A stretch of 32,000 nucleotides of DNA from NCBI RefSeq assembly GCF_000025925.1, contig NC_014033.1, forward strand, positions 1,770,001 through 1,802,000, given 5' to 3'. The stretch is from Xylanibacter ruminicola 23 (lineage in GTDB: Bacteria > Bacteroidota > Bacteroidia > Bacteroidales > Bacteroidaceae). The position numbers and the translations under genes were made by a program. Below the pieces are notes generated by a model, which worked only from the letters and a program-made list of their open reading frames with translations, ran no database searches and was not told where the DNA came from. This document shows, piece by piece, positions 15,321 to 22,855 of this stretch (the stretch's first letter is position 1; each line of letters opens with the position of its first letter).

Positions 15321-16892
15321 TCAATCGTTCCAATCACCAACGGCAGTCCAGGTTGCCCAGGTTGAAGGCATTAATGCATCCCAGCTTGCTTTATTTGTTG
15401 TAGTGGTGTGCAACTTAGCACCAGTTGCCGTGCAACCATCGAACATTTGATAACATTCATGATTCAAACTTGTATATGCAGCCTTCACATAAGCAGTGGT
15501 CAGGCTGCTGCAGCCATAGAACATTCTATTGTAGCAGTCTCCTTTCAGCTCCGTGGCGGGCAGGGCGGGTGCTGTAGTCAGGCTGCTGCAGTAACTGAAC
15601 ATGCCAGAGTAGCAGTACTCCTTCAGCGTCGTGGCGGGCAGCGCGGGCGCTGTGGTCAGGCTGCTGCAGTTATAGAACATACTATTGTAGCAGTTGTCGG
15701 CCAGGGCCGTGGCGGGCAGCGCGGGCGCTGTGGTCAGGCTGCAGCCCTGGAACATAGCATAGTAGCAGTACTCCTTCAGCGTCGTGGCGGGCAGCGCGGG
15801 TGCTGTAGTCAGGCTGCTGCAGCCATAGAACATGCCATAGTAACAGAAGGTGGCCAGCGTCGTGGCGGGCAGCAGCAGGCCGCTGGCGTCGGTCAGTTTG
15901 GCGTTAGTATCGAATAATAAGGTGAAAGAAGCCCACCCCGTCAGCGTGATGTTTGTGGCAAAATTTGTCTCGTCCACCAGACTCATGATGTTGCCATACA
16001 CTTTTATATCAGCCGTGCCGCCAGTAATCGTGGTGCCGTCATAACTTGTAATAGTGGTGCCGTTTCCATAGAACGCTACCTTGTCGCCTACAGCCACGTC
16101 GATAGGAGTGCCGTCAGGTACAGCCGTCTTAGCGCCACCGTTCAGCGAATACTGCATGCCTGCCTGCGGATACGAAACCTTAATCGTTCCAGCCGTGAGT
16201 GCCTCCAGTGTGAGCGGTGTGCTCAGCGTTGGAACAATGGTTACCTCAACAGCCGAAGCAGCAATCTCGCTGTCATTATAGCCAGTGTTACCCTTGGCGT
16301 AGTACCATACGTAGTAGGTGCCTACCCCGAGGTTTGCTGCCGTGGGCACTGTGGCACTGAAGCCATCGGTAGTGGTGGGCTTCGCGTTAGTCTCAGTCAC
16401 CTGATACATCATCGTGCCGCCATCGGCCACGCCTGCTGTAACAAGGGCTGTGGTTGAGCCAGTTACGATGTAGCCCGCTGTAGCCTTCGGAGCGGTGGTG
16501 ATAGTAGCAGCTGGGAGGGTGGCTGGTTTAACCGTCAACTTGTATGATTTTGAATCGGCCTGGAAAATCTTTTTGCCGCCGGTGCTGTAGCCAGTGGCCG
16601 TAGCGGTGATGGTGGCTTCGCCTTCGGCAATGGCGGTCACCATGCCCTCGCCATCAACGGTGGCTACCTTGGTATCGCTCGAGGTATATTCCACCACGGC
16701 TGTGATCACCGAGATGGCCTTGCGCCTGTAGGTGTCGCCTACCTTGATTGTTACAGGCTTGTCGCTCATAGAGAGATAAGCCGGTGTGGGATTGTCTTCG
16801 CTGGCGAAGATGTCGTCGCAAGCCGTAAAGAGCACAGCCAGGCAGCACATCAGCGATGCCTGCAGCAGTCTTGAAATACTTTTCTTTGTCAT
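15321..16892 (-). CDS. Cell-surface lipoprotein with Big_2-like Ig domain and BspA-type leucine-rich/Cys-containing repeats
   Basis: 523 aa with lipobox LFTACDD. VATVDGEGMVTAIAEGEATITATA resembles Big_2. Five tandem 26-aa repeats read LPATxLxxxCYxxMFxxCSSLTTAPA. Confidence 0.75.
   Translation of the reverse strand: MTKKSISRLLQASLMCCLAVLFTACDDIFASEDNPTPAYLSMSDKPVTIKVGDTYRRKAISVITAVVEYTSSDTKVATVDGEGMVTAIAEGEATITATATGYSTGGKKIFQADSKSYKLTVKPATLPAATITTAPKATAGYIVTGSTTALVTAGVADGGTMMYQVTETNAKPTTTDGFSATVPTAANLGVGTYYVWYYAKGNTGYNDSEIAASAVEVTIVPTLSTPLTLEALTAGTIKVSYPQAGMQYSLNGGAKTAVPDGTPIDVAVGDKVAFYGNGTTITSYDGTTITGGTADIKVYGNIMSLVDETNFATNITLTGWASFTLLFDTNAKLTDASGLLLPATTLATFCYYGMFYGCSSLTTAPALPATTLKEYCYYAMFQGCSLTTAPALPATALADNCYNSMFYNCSSLTTAPALPATTLKEYCYSGMFSYCSSLTTAPALPATELKGDCYNRMFYGCSSLTTAYVKAAYTSLNHECYQMFDGCTATGAKLHTTTTNKASWDALMPSTWATWTAVGDWND
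15499..15873. repeat. Tandem coding repeat, five units with 78-nt period (one unit of 75 nt)
   Basis: GTCAGGCTGC unit starts at 15499, 15577, 15655, 15733 and 15808. Confidence 0.9.
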
Positions 16893-16960
16893 GATTGATC
16901 GTTTTAGAGAATTATTATATGTTATTACGTAAAAATTTCTTTATCATCAGATATCGGCTA

Positions 16961-16968
16961 CAAAGGTA
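16961..16968 (-). promoter_or_regulatory. Bacteroidetes -7 box (TACCTTTG)
   Basis: TAnnTTTG about 68 nt upstream of the ATG at 16892. Confidence 0.45.
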
Positions 16969-17045
16969 AAAAATTTTCAGCTGCTTTCACCCTCCACTGA
17001 GTTAAATCTTGTTAATCTGATAGATGTTTCTAAGTTTCGTAGCAC

Positions 17046-17086
17046 AAAAAAAACGCCGACATCCCTTTAAAATAAGCAGATATCGG
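17046..17086 (-). terminator. Candidate terminator (weak stem, long T-run)
   Basis: On the minus strand: CCGATATC, a 15-nt loop, GATGTCGG, then CG and a T-run of at least eight. Confidence 0.35.
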
Positions 17087-17101
17087 AGAGAGAAAAAACA
17101 A

Positions 17102-17132
17102 CAGGTTGATACAGTGTTACAGTGTGACAGTT
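17102..17132 (-). repeat. 31-nt ACTGT-rich block, copy 2 (inverted relative to copies 1 and 3)
   Basis: Its reverse complement is AACTGTCACACTGTAACACTGTATCAACCTG. Confidence 0.9.
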
Positions 17133-17155
17133 AGAAAAACGAGGGTGTGATGGTG

Positions 17156-17163
17156 CAAAAGTA
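17156..17163 (-). promoter_or_regulatory. Orphan -7 box (TACTTTTG) inside the repeat-bracketed segment
   Basis: TAnnTTTG on the minus strand. The next minus-strand ATG is about 260 nt away, beyond a candidate terminator. Confidence 0.35.
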
Positions 17164-17166
17164 TAT

Positions 17167-17204
17167 CTATATTATTATATATATAAATATATATAATAAT
17201 ATAG
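17167..17204. repeat. Perfect 38-bp palindrome, A/T except the outermost C-G pair
   Basis: CTATATTATTATATATAT-AA-ATATATATAATAATATAG: 18-bp arms checked base by base with a 2-nt centre at 17185-17186. Confidence 0.95.
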
Positions 17205-17236
17205 CAGTATATACAGCAAGGGAGGGGCGAGAATTT

Positions 17237-17251
17237 TAACTGTCACACTGT
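17237..17251 (+). repeat. 15-nt ACTGT block, copy 3
   Basis: AACTGTCACACTGTA is a perfect inverted repeat of 17118-17132. The midpoint of the pair (17184.5) nearly coincides with the centre of the AT palindrome. Confidence 0.9.
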
Positions 17252-17292
17252 ATTTTTGTGCGGATGATTCGTGAACCGCAATCAAAATATCG

Positions 17293-17300
17293 TACCTTTG
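17293..17300 (+). promoter_or_regulatory. Bacteroidetes -7 box (TACCTTTG)
   Basis: TAnnTTTG about 169 nt upstream of the HU-like ATG at 17470. Confidence 0.45.
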
Positions 17301-17397
17301 CAGTGTTGAAATGAAATGAGACTGATGGCGGCCGCGCGCGGCAAAAATATTTCCCACGTGCACTAAGAAATTCTCCCACACGAGGGCGCTAGAAGCT

Positions 17398-17439
17398 CAT
17401 TAAACATGAAACATTAAACATTAAACATTAACTATTAAA
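17398..17439 (+). repeat. Heptamer array CATTAAA-type, six units
   Basis: CATTAAA CATGAAA CATTAAA CATTAAA CATTAAC TATTAAA, ending 30 nt upstream of the HU-like start. Confidence 0.9.
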
Positions 17440-17469
17440 ATTATTTTTACAAACTTAAAATTTAGCATT

Positions 17470-18006
17470 ATGGCACTGAAAGTTAAAGCACAGGAAAAGT
17501 TGCAGAAGATTGGCAAGTATGAGGGTACTTATCGCTACATCATGATGCCGGAGTTGTACACCTCTCTCAGTCAGGACAAGGTGATTAAGGAGGCTGCCCT
17601 GCGCAGCGGAGTTAGCAAGGGTATTATGCAGGCCTGCTGGGATGCGGCTGGCGAAGTGATTAAGGCTTGGGCCACAGAGGGTCACTCGGTTGCGCTGCCA
17701 GGTTTGGGAACCATGCGATTCGGTATCCGCGCCAAGAGTGTAGCCAAGGTGGACGAGGTGAAAGCCGGACTGGTAACCAGTCGCCGCATTATCTTCACCC
17801 CAGCGGTGGATCTGAAGGAGGAGCTGGCAGGCACGGCCATCCAGATTACCTGCTACGACCGCGATGGCAAGGAGATTAAGCGCGTGACCAGTACCGACCC
17901 AGGTACGGTTGAGGATCCCGATCAGCCATCGAATGGCGGAAATACCAGCGGCGGTGGTAATACCGGTGGCAACGGTGGAAACCACAACGAACCGATCGGA
18001 GACTAA
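17470..18006 (+). CDS. HU-family (Bacteroidales long-form histone-like) DNA-binding protein with G/N-rich C-terminal tail
   Basis: 178 aa. ...VIKEAALRSGVSKGIMQACWDAAGEVIKAWATEGHSVALPGLGTMRFGIRAK...RRIIFTP follows the HU/IHF fold pattern. The tail is NGGNTSGGGNTGGNGGN. Confidence 0.75.
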   Translation: MALKVKAQEKLQKIGKYEGTYRYIMMPELYTSLSQDKVIKEAALRSGVSKGIMQACWDAAGEVIKAWATEGHSVALPGLGTMRFGIRAKSVAKVDEVKAGLVTSRRIIFTPAVDLKEELAGTAIQITCYDRDGKEIKRVTSTDPGTVEDPDQPSNGGNTSGGGNTGGNGGNHNEPIGD

Positions 18007-18033
18007 GGGCTGGGGCTTAGGCCCCACCCTATC

Positions 18034-18068
18034 CATTGACCATTGACCATTAAACATTAAACATTAAA
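18034..18068 (+). repeat. Heptamer array CATTGAC x2 plus CATTAAA x3
   Basis: Five tandem 7-nt units ending 4 nt before the ATG at 18073. Confidence 0.9.
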
Positions 18069-18072
18069 AGCT

Positions 18073-18177
18073 ATGACAAAGAAAGAAACATTGAAGTTTA
18101 TCGTGCAGATGATTGCAAGTATCGCAACGGCGATAGTAACGGCGCTGGGCGCGACATCGTGTATGGGCGCCATGTAA
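18073..18177 (+). CDS. 34-aa hydrophobic micro-protein, 'smalltalk'-like (not in the ORF track)
   Basis: My translation is MTKKETLKFIVQMIASIATAIVTALGATSCMGAM*. It has a basic N-terminus and one TM-like helix. It sits directly downstream of an HU-like gene, where, from my recollection of Bacteroidales annotation, the small 'smalltalk' family is usually found. Confidence 0.5.
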   Translation: MTKKETLKFIVQMIASIATAIVTALGATSCMGAM

Positions 18178-18235
18178 AATAGCCAAGGACCTGCACTTGC
18201 GCGGCCCGCCACGCATACTGCAGCAGGCTCTATTA

Positions 18236-18272
18236 CCCTCAGGTTTCAAATCGAAGCCTGGGGGGATTTTTT
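18236..18272 (+). terminator. Rho-independent terminator
   Basis: CCCTCAGG, a 13-nt loop, CCTGGGGG (one G-U pair), then GATTTTTT. It lies between the micro-ORF and the convergent hipA stop. Confidence 0.6.
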
Positions 18273-18278
18273 GCAGCC

Positions 18279-19529
18279 CTATAAATTATCCCAACGGTTA
18301 CAATAGGGCTCAAGTATTTTGAGGGGAACCTGAAGTTCGGTGGCCGTTGCTCGCCAATCTTTAATGGCGGTACGTACCTGATCTATGATTTCAGAGGCCT
18401 CCTGCTGTTCAAACATATAGCTACCCGAGGCGTGGAGCAGAGTGTTGGCATCCGACTGCTCGGTGTATTGGTCGATAAGCAGGCATTGATGCAACTTTGT
18501 ACCTGGGTTTATATCGTAGGCAGGTGAGAGCGTCCACCCTTTCGGAGTAAGCAAGAAACCGTGATTGCGAAAGTGGTCGTCGGTATTGCCAAACATCACG
18601 TTAAACGCCACTCTACGATATAGTTCTCTGAGGTTCTGCTGTACGTCAACACATCCCTGAAGAATGAAATCTACGATGTCTAAATAACCATTACCTGTAC
18701 TACTGCCGGCACCATCGTCGAAACCAAGCAACGACATAGCTGAAGCAAAATGTTTACGACGGCCATCGGCAGTTCTGTCGAAACGTTCAGAAAGCAACAG
18801 ATGGCGATCTTTTGAAATCTTGATGGTATGGGTATTGGCCACGTTGATACCAGCTGCAGCTGCTAGCCTGTGCGAGAAATGCTCGATAAGTTCGGTGTTC
18901 TCCAAATCCTTCTTCGAAGGGAACTTAGCCACATAGAGTTTGCCGTCGGCATCTATGACATTGGCTTTGGGGCGGGCACCACCAAGCGATGTTCCTGGGT
19001 CGATCAACTGGTCGATCCAACGCTGCTCGGGCAACTCATTACGTTCTTCGGCCGACTCGATTTCATGACAGGCATCGCACAGGGCTCGAAGACTTTCAAT
19101 GGGAGGCACTAGGAATTTTGCAGAATCGTTCATGTAGCTATCACTATCTTCATCTCTGTAGCGTATGCCGCCCATACGTGTAAAATCCTCAATACCCGTA
19201 AGGTAATCAAAGTTGGTAAGCATACGCACAGGTCTGCTCTCAGCTTGTGCTTTCAGGCGCTCTCTGCGGTCGAGCAACAAACGTCCCCAACGATCGGGAA
19301 AAGAGTCCTTCACGAACCCAAACACACTATCTGCACCACGAGGATGCTGCAACGAGGGCACATTCATCAGGTCGCCACTCAACATGATACCGCCATGCTT
19401 TTTCAGCCATTCGCGCGAATACTCAAATACAAAGTGATCTTTGCCACGAATACGTTCGTAGCCTAACGTTCCTATTTCTTGGGGAGTGGCAAGAAAGTCG
19501 AAATCTGCGAATACCGTAATCTTTTTCAT
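18279..19529 (-). CDS. hipA: HipA-family serine/threonine kinase toxin
   Basis: 416 aa. N-terminal HipA-coupling region, SLGGARPKA, and the catalytic-loop GNTDDHFRNHGF. The start overlaps the upstream HTH gene by 4 nt. Confidence 0.85.
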   Translation of the reverse strand: MKKITVFADFDFLATPQEIGTLGYERIRGKDHFVFEYSREWLKKHGGIMLSGDLMNVPSLQHPRGADSVFGFVKDSFPDRWGRLLLDRRERLKAQAESRPVRMLTNFDYLTGIEDFTRMGGIRYRDEDSDSYMNDSAKFLVPPIESLRALCDACHEIESAEERNELPEQRWIDQLIDPGTSLGGARPKANVIDADGKLYVAKFPSKKDLENTELIEHFSHRLAAAAGINVANTHTIKISKDRHLLLSERFDRTADGRRKHFASAMSLLGFDDGAGSSTGNGYLDIVDFILQGCVDVQQNLRELYRRVAFNVMFGNTDDHFRNHGFLLTPKGWTLSPAYDINPGTKLHQCLLIDQYTEQSDANTLLHASGSYMFEQQEASEIIDQVRTAIKDWRATATELQVPLKILEPYCNRWDNL

Positions 19530-19825
19530 TTGCTAAGCAATTCTGCATCCTGAAGCTGACGGCCGAGTGCATCGTCGGCAGCAAGCAACGAGATATCCTT
19601 TTCAAGATTTAGCGCAAAGAGCACACGCGCATAGATACCCATGGAAACCGTAGGGTCGCCATGTTCCACCTTCGAGACAGTCAGTCGTGTAACCGTTGCC
19701 CTGTCTGCTACGTCCTGCATAGAGAGATGCCTACGCTTACGTGCCAGCATAATCTGTTCGCCCATAAGTTGCAACTGCTGAGCCAAAGCCCTCGGCATCG
19801 TCTTTCCGAATGTATTCTTTCCCAT
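19526..19825 (-). CDS. XRE-family HTH antitoxin (HipB-like)
   Basis: 99 aa. ARKRRHLSMQDVADRATVTRLTVSKVEHGDPTVSMGIYARVLFAL is a Cro/C1-type HTH. The gene is translationally coupled to hipA. Confidence 0.75.
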   Translation of the reverse strand: MGKNTFGKTMPRALAQQLQLMGEQIMLARKRRHLSMQDVADRATVTRLTVSKVEHGDPTVSMGIYARVLFALNLEKDISLLAADDALGRQLQDAELLSK

Positions 19826-19844
19826 AATTGTATCTTATCGGGTG

Positions 19845-19852
19845 CAAATATA
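19845..19852 (-). promoter_or_regulatory. Bacteroidetes -7 box (TATATTTG)
   Basis: TAnnTTTG 19 nt upstream of the ATG at 19825. The adjacent palindrome AAAATGTTT (19857-19865) / AAACATTTT (19874-19882) could be an operator and/or the SGNH gene terminator. Confidence 0.45.
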
Positions 19853-19900
19853 AACAAAAATGTTTAATATAACAAACATTTTGCAAGTTTTTTGAATTTA

Positions 19901-21073
19901 TCAGTACTGCTCTTCGTGATCGTAGGTGGATGGGATGTGGCGGATGAGCTTGTGGGCTGCGGCCTGGGCCATGGCCTCGTAGGCGCGCTCGCTGGGGTGC
20001 AGATGGTCGCCACTATCAAAACCGTCGGCAAAGGCCTTGGGGTTAGTGGCACAGCGCACGGCGGCATCGAAATCGATACAGCCATCGAACACAGGCGAGG
20101 TGCGCAGCCACTCGTTAAACTCGCTGCGCATGGCGTCGCGCTTCTCGTTATAGGTACGCCAGCCATAGATGGGCAGCAGGGTACCACTCCACACCTTGAG
20201 GCCCATGGCCTTGGCGGGCTTTACGTAGATATCCTCTACGCCGCGCTGCATCTCCTCGACAGTAGGCAGGTCGCTCCAGGGGCGGAAGGGATTCACATCC
20301 TCGCCCACGGGGTGGATGATATCGTTGATGCCGTGCTGGATAATCACATCGGTGGCACCGGCCACACGCATCTCGATGGGGAAACGGGTGGCGCCTTTTA
20401 AGCCATAAGCCTGATAGGTAATACAATCGTACTGGCGCAGAATGCGGGTACCGCTAACGGCGCGGCGGATGATGGACACGTTGGTGCCAAAGGCGAGCTG
20501 TGCCAGATAATCGGGCCACGACTGGGCGGTGATAGAGTCGCCATAGCACACTACAGCGTGGTTATCGGGCGATGTAAGTACATCGATGGTGTTGAGGAAA
20601 TAGAACCAGTTGGTATGGCGGGTAAGGTCGAGAGGCAGCTCGTCGGCCTCGGCAAAATCGCCATAGGCATAGAAGCCTTTCGACAGCGGACCGGTGATGA
20701 GGGTGCCGCTATTCATCTGGGTGAAATCGGCCAGATACATGCTTACATCCACGGTATCGCCACGATGAACGGCGTAGCTGATGGCATCGCTCTCAACCTC
20801 GTTACCAGGCTGCAGCGTAACGCTGATGGCACCGCCAAAGGTAATGGGGGTGTGACCTACAAACACCTTCGAAAGGGTTACGGGTTCGGTGCCTGTGAGA
20901 TTGGAGAAACGGAAACGCAAGGCGCTACCTGCAAACGGCATGCGTACAGGGTAACGCAAGGTGAGATTCTTGGCATATACGGCCTCGCGACGGTCGGTAA
21001 TCGAGGTGGCATTACCCCAACAGGCCACCCACTTTAAATCGGTATTATTCATATCAGTATGATTTGTAATCAC
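19901..21073 (-). CDS. SGNH/GDSL-family hydrolase with an N-terminal beta-rich domain
   Basis: 390 aa. Block I VVCYGDSITAQ and block V SGDHLHPS (DxxH). Confidence 0.8.
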   Translation of the reverse strand: MITNHTDMNNTDLKWVACWGNATSITDRREAVYAKNLTLRYPVRMPFAGSALRFRFSNLTGTEPVTLSKVFVGHTPITFGGAISVTLQPGNEVESDAISYAVHRGDTVDVSMYLADFTQMNSGTLITGPLSKGFYAYGDFAEADELPLDLTRHTNWFYFLNTIDVLTSPDNHAVVCYGDSITAQSWPDYLAQLAFGTNVSIIRRAVSGTRILRQYDCITYQAYGLKGATRFPIEMRVAGATDVIIQHGINDIIHPVGEDVNPFRPWSDLPTVEEMQRGVEDIYVKPAKAMGLKVWSGTLLPIYGWRTYNEKRDAMRSEFNEWLRTSPVFDGCIDFDAAVRCATNPKAFADGFDSGDHLHPSERAYEAMAQAAAHKLIRHIPSTYDHEEQY

Positions 21074-21448
21074 TTAACCAAGTTTCGACATAAAACGCTC
21101 GCGATCCACCACGAATCGCAGATGACTACCCTCGCCTATCAGCACATCGCCCTGATAGGCCGAAACCTTGAACTCGATCTTCTTGCCATCCACCTTCACC
21201 ACTTCGGCAGTAGCGGTAACTGTGTCGCCCACCTTAGAGGGTTTGAGGTGCGACGAGGCGATATGGCCGCCAACGGTGGTACTACCCTCGGGCAGGGCAT
21301 CGGCCACAGCCAGCATGGCCGCATTCTCCATCAACGCCATCATAGCGGGCGTGGCCAGCACAGCCATATCGCCCGAACCAATCTTAACGGCGGTAACATC
21401 ATCGGTTACCACCAAAGTGCTTGTATGTTTTAATCCTACTTCGATCAT
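21074..21448 (-). CDS. Hotdog-fold thioesterase
   Basis: 124 aa. VLATPAMMALMENAA...GHIASSHLKPSKVGDTVTATAEV resembles FlK/4HBT-type thioesterases. Its stop abuts the SGNH start. Confidence 0.65.
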   Translation of the reverse strand: MIEVGLKHTSTLVVTDDVTAVKIGSGDMAVLATPAMMALMENAAMLAVADALPEGSTTVGGHIASSHLKPSKVGDTVTATAEVVKVDGKKIEFKVSAYQGDVLIGEGSHLRFVVDRERFMSKLG

Positions 21449-21477
21449 TACAACTAAACTTTTGTTAATCTTTGGTG

Positions 21478-21485
21478 CAAAAGTA
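21478..21485 (-). promoter_or_regulatory. Bacteroidetes -7 box (TACTTTTG)
   Basis: 29 nt upstream of the ATG at 21448. Confidence 0.5.
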
Positions 21486-21507
21486 GTAAAATTACATTAG
21501 AATAATG

Positions 21508-21515
21508 TATCTTTG
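21508..21515 (+). promoter_or_regulatory. Bacteroidetes -7 box (TATCTTTG)
   Basis: 51 nt upstream of the ATG at 21567, divergent from the previous box. Confidence 0.5.
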
Positions 21516-21566
21516 CAGTCCATTTTAATAAGAATTGTGAATTAGACTTAGAAGAAAACTACAAAC

Positions 21567-21869
21567 ATGAGTAAAATTGAAAGAGAAAAGCAGACCGTAA
21601 GAAAGATGATTGAACTTTATTGTCGCCATCATCTGCATCAGGAAACAATGACAGAAGAATACCAGCATCTGGCCGACTATGCGTGCCAACGACTGGACCA
21701 CTGCCGATTTGGCGAGAAGAAAACGGTTTGCAAGCGATGCCCGATACACTGCTATGCCCCACAGGAGCGCGAAGCCATACGTAAGGTGATGCGCTGGACA
21801 GGCCCCAGAATGATGATATATGCACCGAAAGCTGCTATCATACATACTTATTATATGTTGAAAAGATAA
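21567..21869 (+). CDS. Nitrous-oxide-stimulated promoter family (YgbA-like) Cys-rich protein
   Basis: 100 aa. ...MIELYCRHHLH...CQRLDHCRFGEKKTVCKRCPIHCYAP...REAIRKVMRW.GPRM is the typical YgbA_NO pattern. Confidence 0.75.
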   Translation: MSKIEREKQTVRKMIELYCRHHLHQETMTEEYQHLADYACQRLDHCRFGEKKTVCKRCPIHCYAPQEREAIRKVMRWTGPRMMIYAPKAAIIHTYYMLKR

Positions 21870-21883
21870 TAAAATGGAACCGA

Positions 21884-22177
21884 CTACGTCCAGAACTCTT
21901 TTTCGCCAGTCGGTTCCATTTCACCATTACACTTGGGGCAGGTGTGCTTATCCCACACCCTGATTTTATCACTGCCGCATTGCAGGCACAGGCGCCCCAC
22001 CTCACTGCGGTACGACGGAGCCACATCGGCTATGATGCCACCCACCACCAGGTTCTGGATGGTGTGGCAGTCGGGGCATGATACGGCCGTGATTTCCTGA
22101 CGGAAGAGTCCGCGCCCCTCGTACACCTCGGCCTCGTAGCCGCATTGCTTACAGCGATATTTCAGTTTCCAAGCCAT
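21884..22177 (-). CDS. Double zinc-ribbon protein
   Basis: 97 aa with four CxxC pairs (CKQC, CPDC, CLQC, CPKC). It starts 3 nt after the LUD gene stop. Confidence 0.6.
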   Translation of the reverse strand: MAWKLKYRCKQCGYEAEVYEGRGLFRQEITAVSCPDCHTIQNLVVGGIIADVAPSYRSEVGRLCLQCGSDKIRVWDKHTCPKCNGEMEPTGEKEFWT

Positions 22178-22179
22178 AA

Positions 22180-22815
22180 TTAATACCCGAGGGTTTCGCC
22201 TACCAATACTACTACATGGCGGCCTTGGGGTGAGTTACGGAGAAAATGAACGTAGCTGCAGATACACTCCGGCGAGTTGCAGTTATGGCACACGCCATCC
22301 GTATGGCAAGGCGTATGAATATCGAAACGGGCCGCATTGATGGGCGATGCCGTGCTACGCGCCCTTGCGAGGGCAGCCTCTACATTCTGAGCCACTTTAT
22401 TCAGACCGATAACGAAGATTACCTTCTTAGGTCCCCAGGTGATGGCAGCCACACGGTTTCCGTTGCCATCGATATTCACGATAACACCGTCTTCCGAGAT
22501 AGCGTTGGCACTCGACAGGTAAACATCGGCCGAAAAAGCCTTGAGATAAACGGATTGTTTCTCTTCAGGCGTTTCTGCCAGGTCGCGATCCAGAACCTCC
22601 AGTGTGCCACGATCTTTCAGATATTGCGGGATACCCAGGTCGCGTACGGTCATCGTACCGCCCCAAGTCACACTGCTGCCGTCGGCGATAAGGTCCGAAA
22701 CTTTCTTCACGGCCTCTTCTGCCGTCGCACAATAGAAACCCTCTATGTGGCGACGTTTCAGATTCTTGATAATCGTCTGAGCCAGGAGCTCATTTCTTTG
22801 CTTTTGTGGTGTCAT
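22180..22815 (-). CDS. LUD-domain (lactate utilization LutC/YkgG-like) protein
   Basis: 211 aa. ...SSANAISEDGVIVNIDGNGNRVAA...KVIFVIGLNKV... and a C-terminal Cys cluster, typical of DUF162/LUD proteins. Confidence 0.65.
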   Translation of the reverse strand: MTPQKQRNELLAQTIIKNLKRRHIEGFYCATAEEAVKKVSDLIADGSSVTWGGTMTVRDLGIPQYLKDRGTLEVLDRDLAETPEEKQSVYLKAFSADVYLSSANAISEDGVIVNIDGNGNRVAAITWGPKKVIFVIGLNKVAQNVEAALARARSTASPINAARFDIHTPCHTDGVCHNCNSPECICSYVHFLRNSPQGRHVVVLVGETLGY

Positions 22816-22855
22816 AACTTAACTCTTTATTTCACAAAACATACTGATTTCATTG

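Noticed and set aside
15408-15917. 169-aa plus-strand ORF with striking internal repeats (GGQRGRCGQAAA...)
   Set aside because: It is the antisense reading of the 78-nt tandem repeats of the BspA-like gene. The repeats merely keep the frame open.
17331-17342. Perfect 12-bp GC palindrome GCCGCGCGCGGC in the HU-like gene leader
   Set aside because: It is too short and has no loop, so it cannot be a terminator. There is no second copy in the window, so it may be chance or a restriction-type site, and I could not attach a function.
17455-18057. 200-aa minus-strand ORF beginning MFNGQWSMD
   Set aside because: It is antisense to the HU-like gene, which has a good promoter and fold pattern. Its N-terminus is encoded by the heptamer array.
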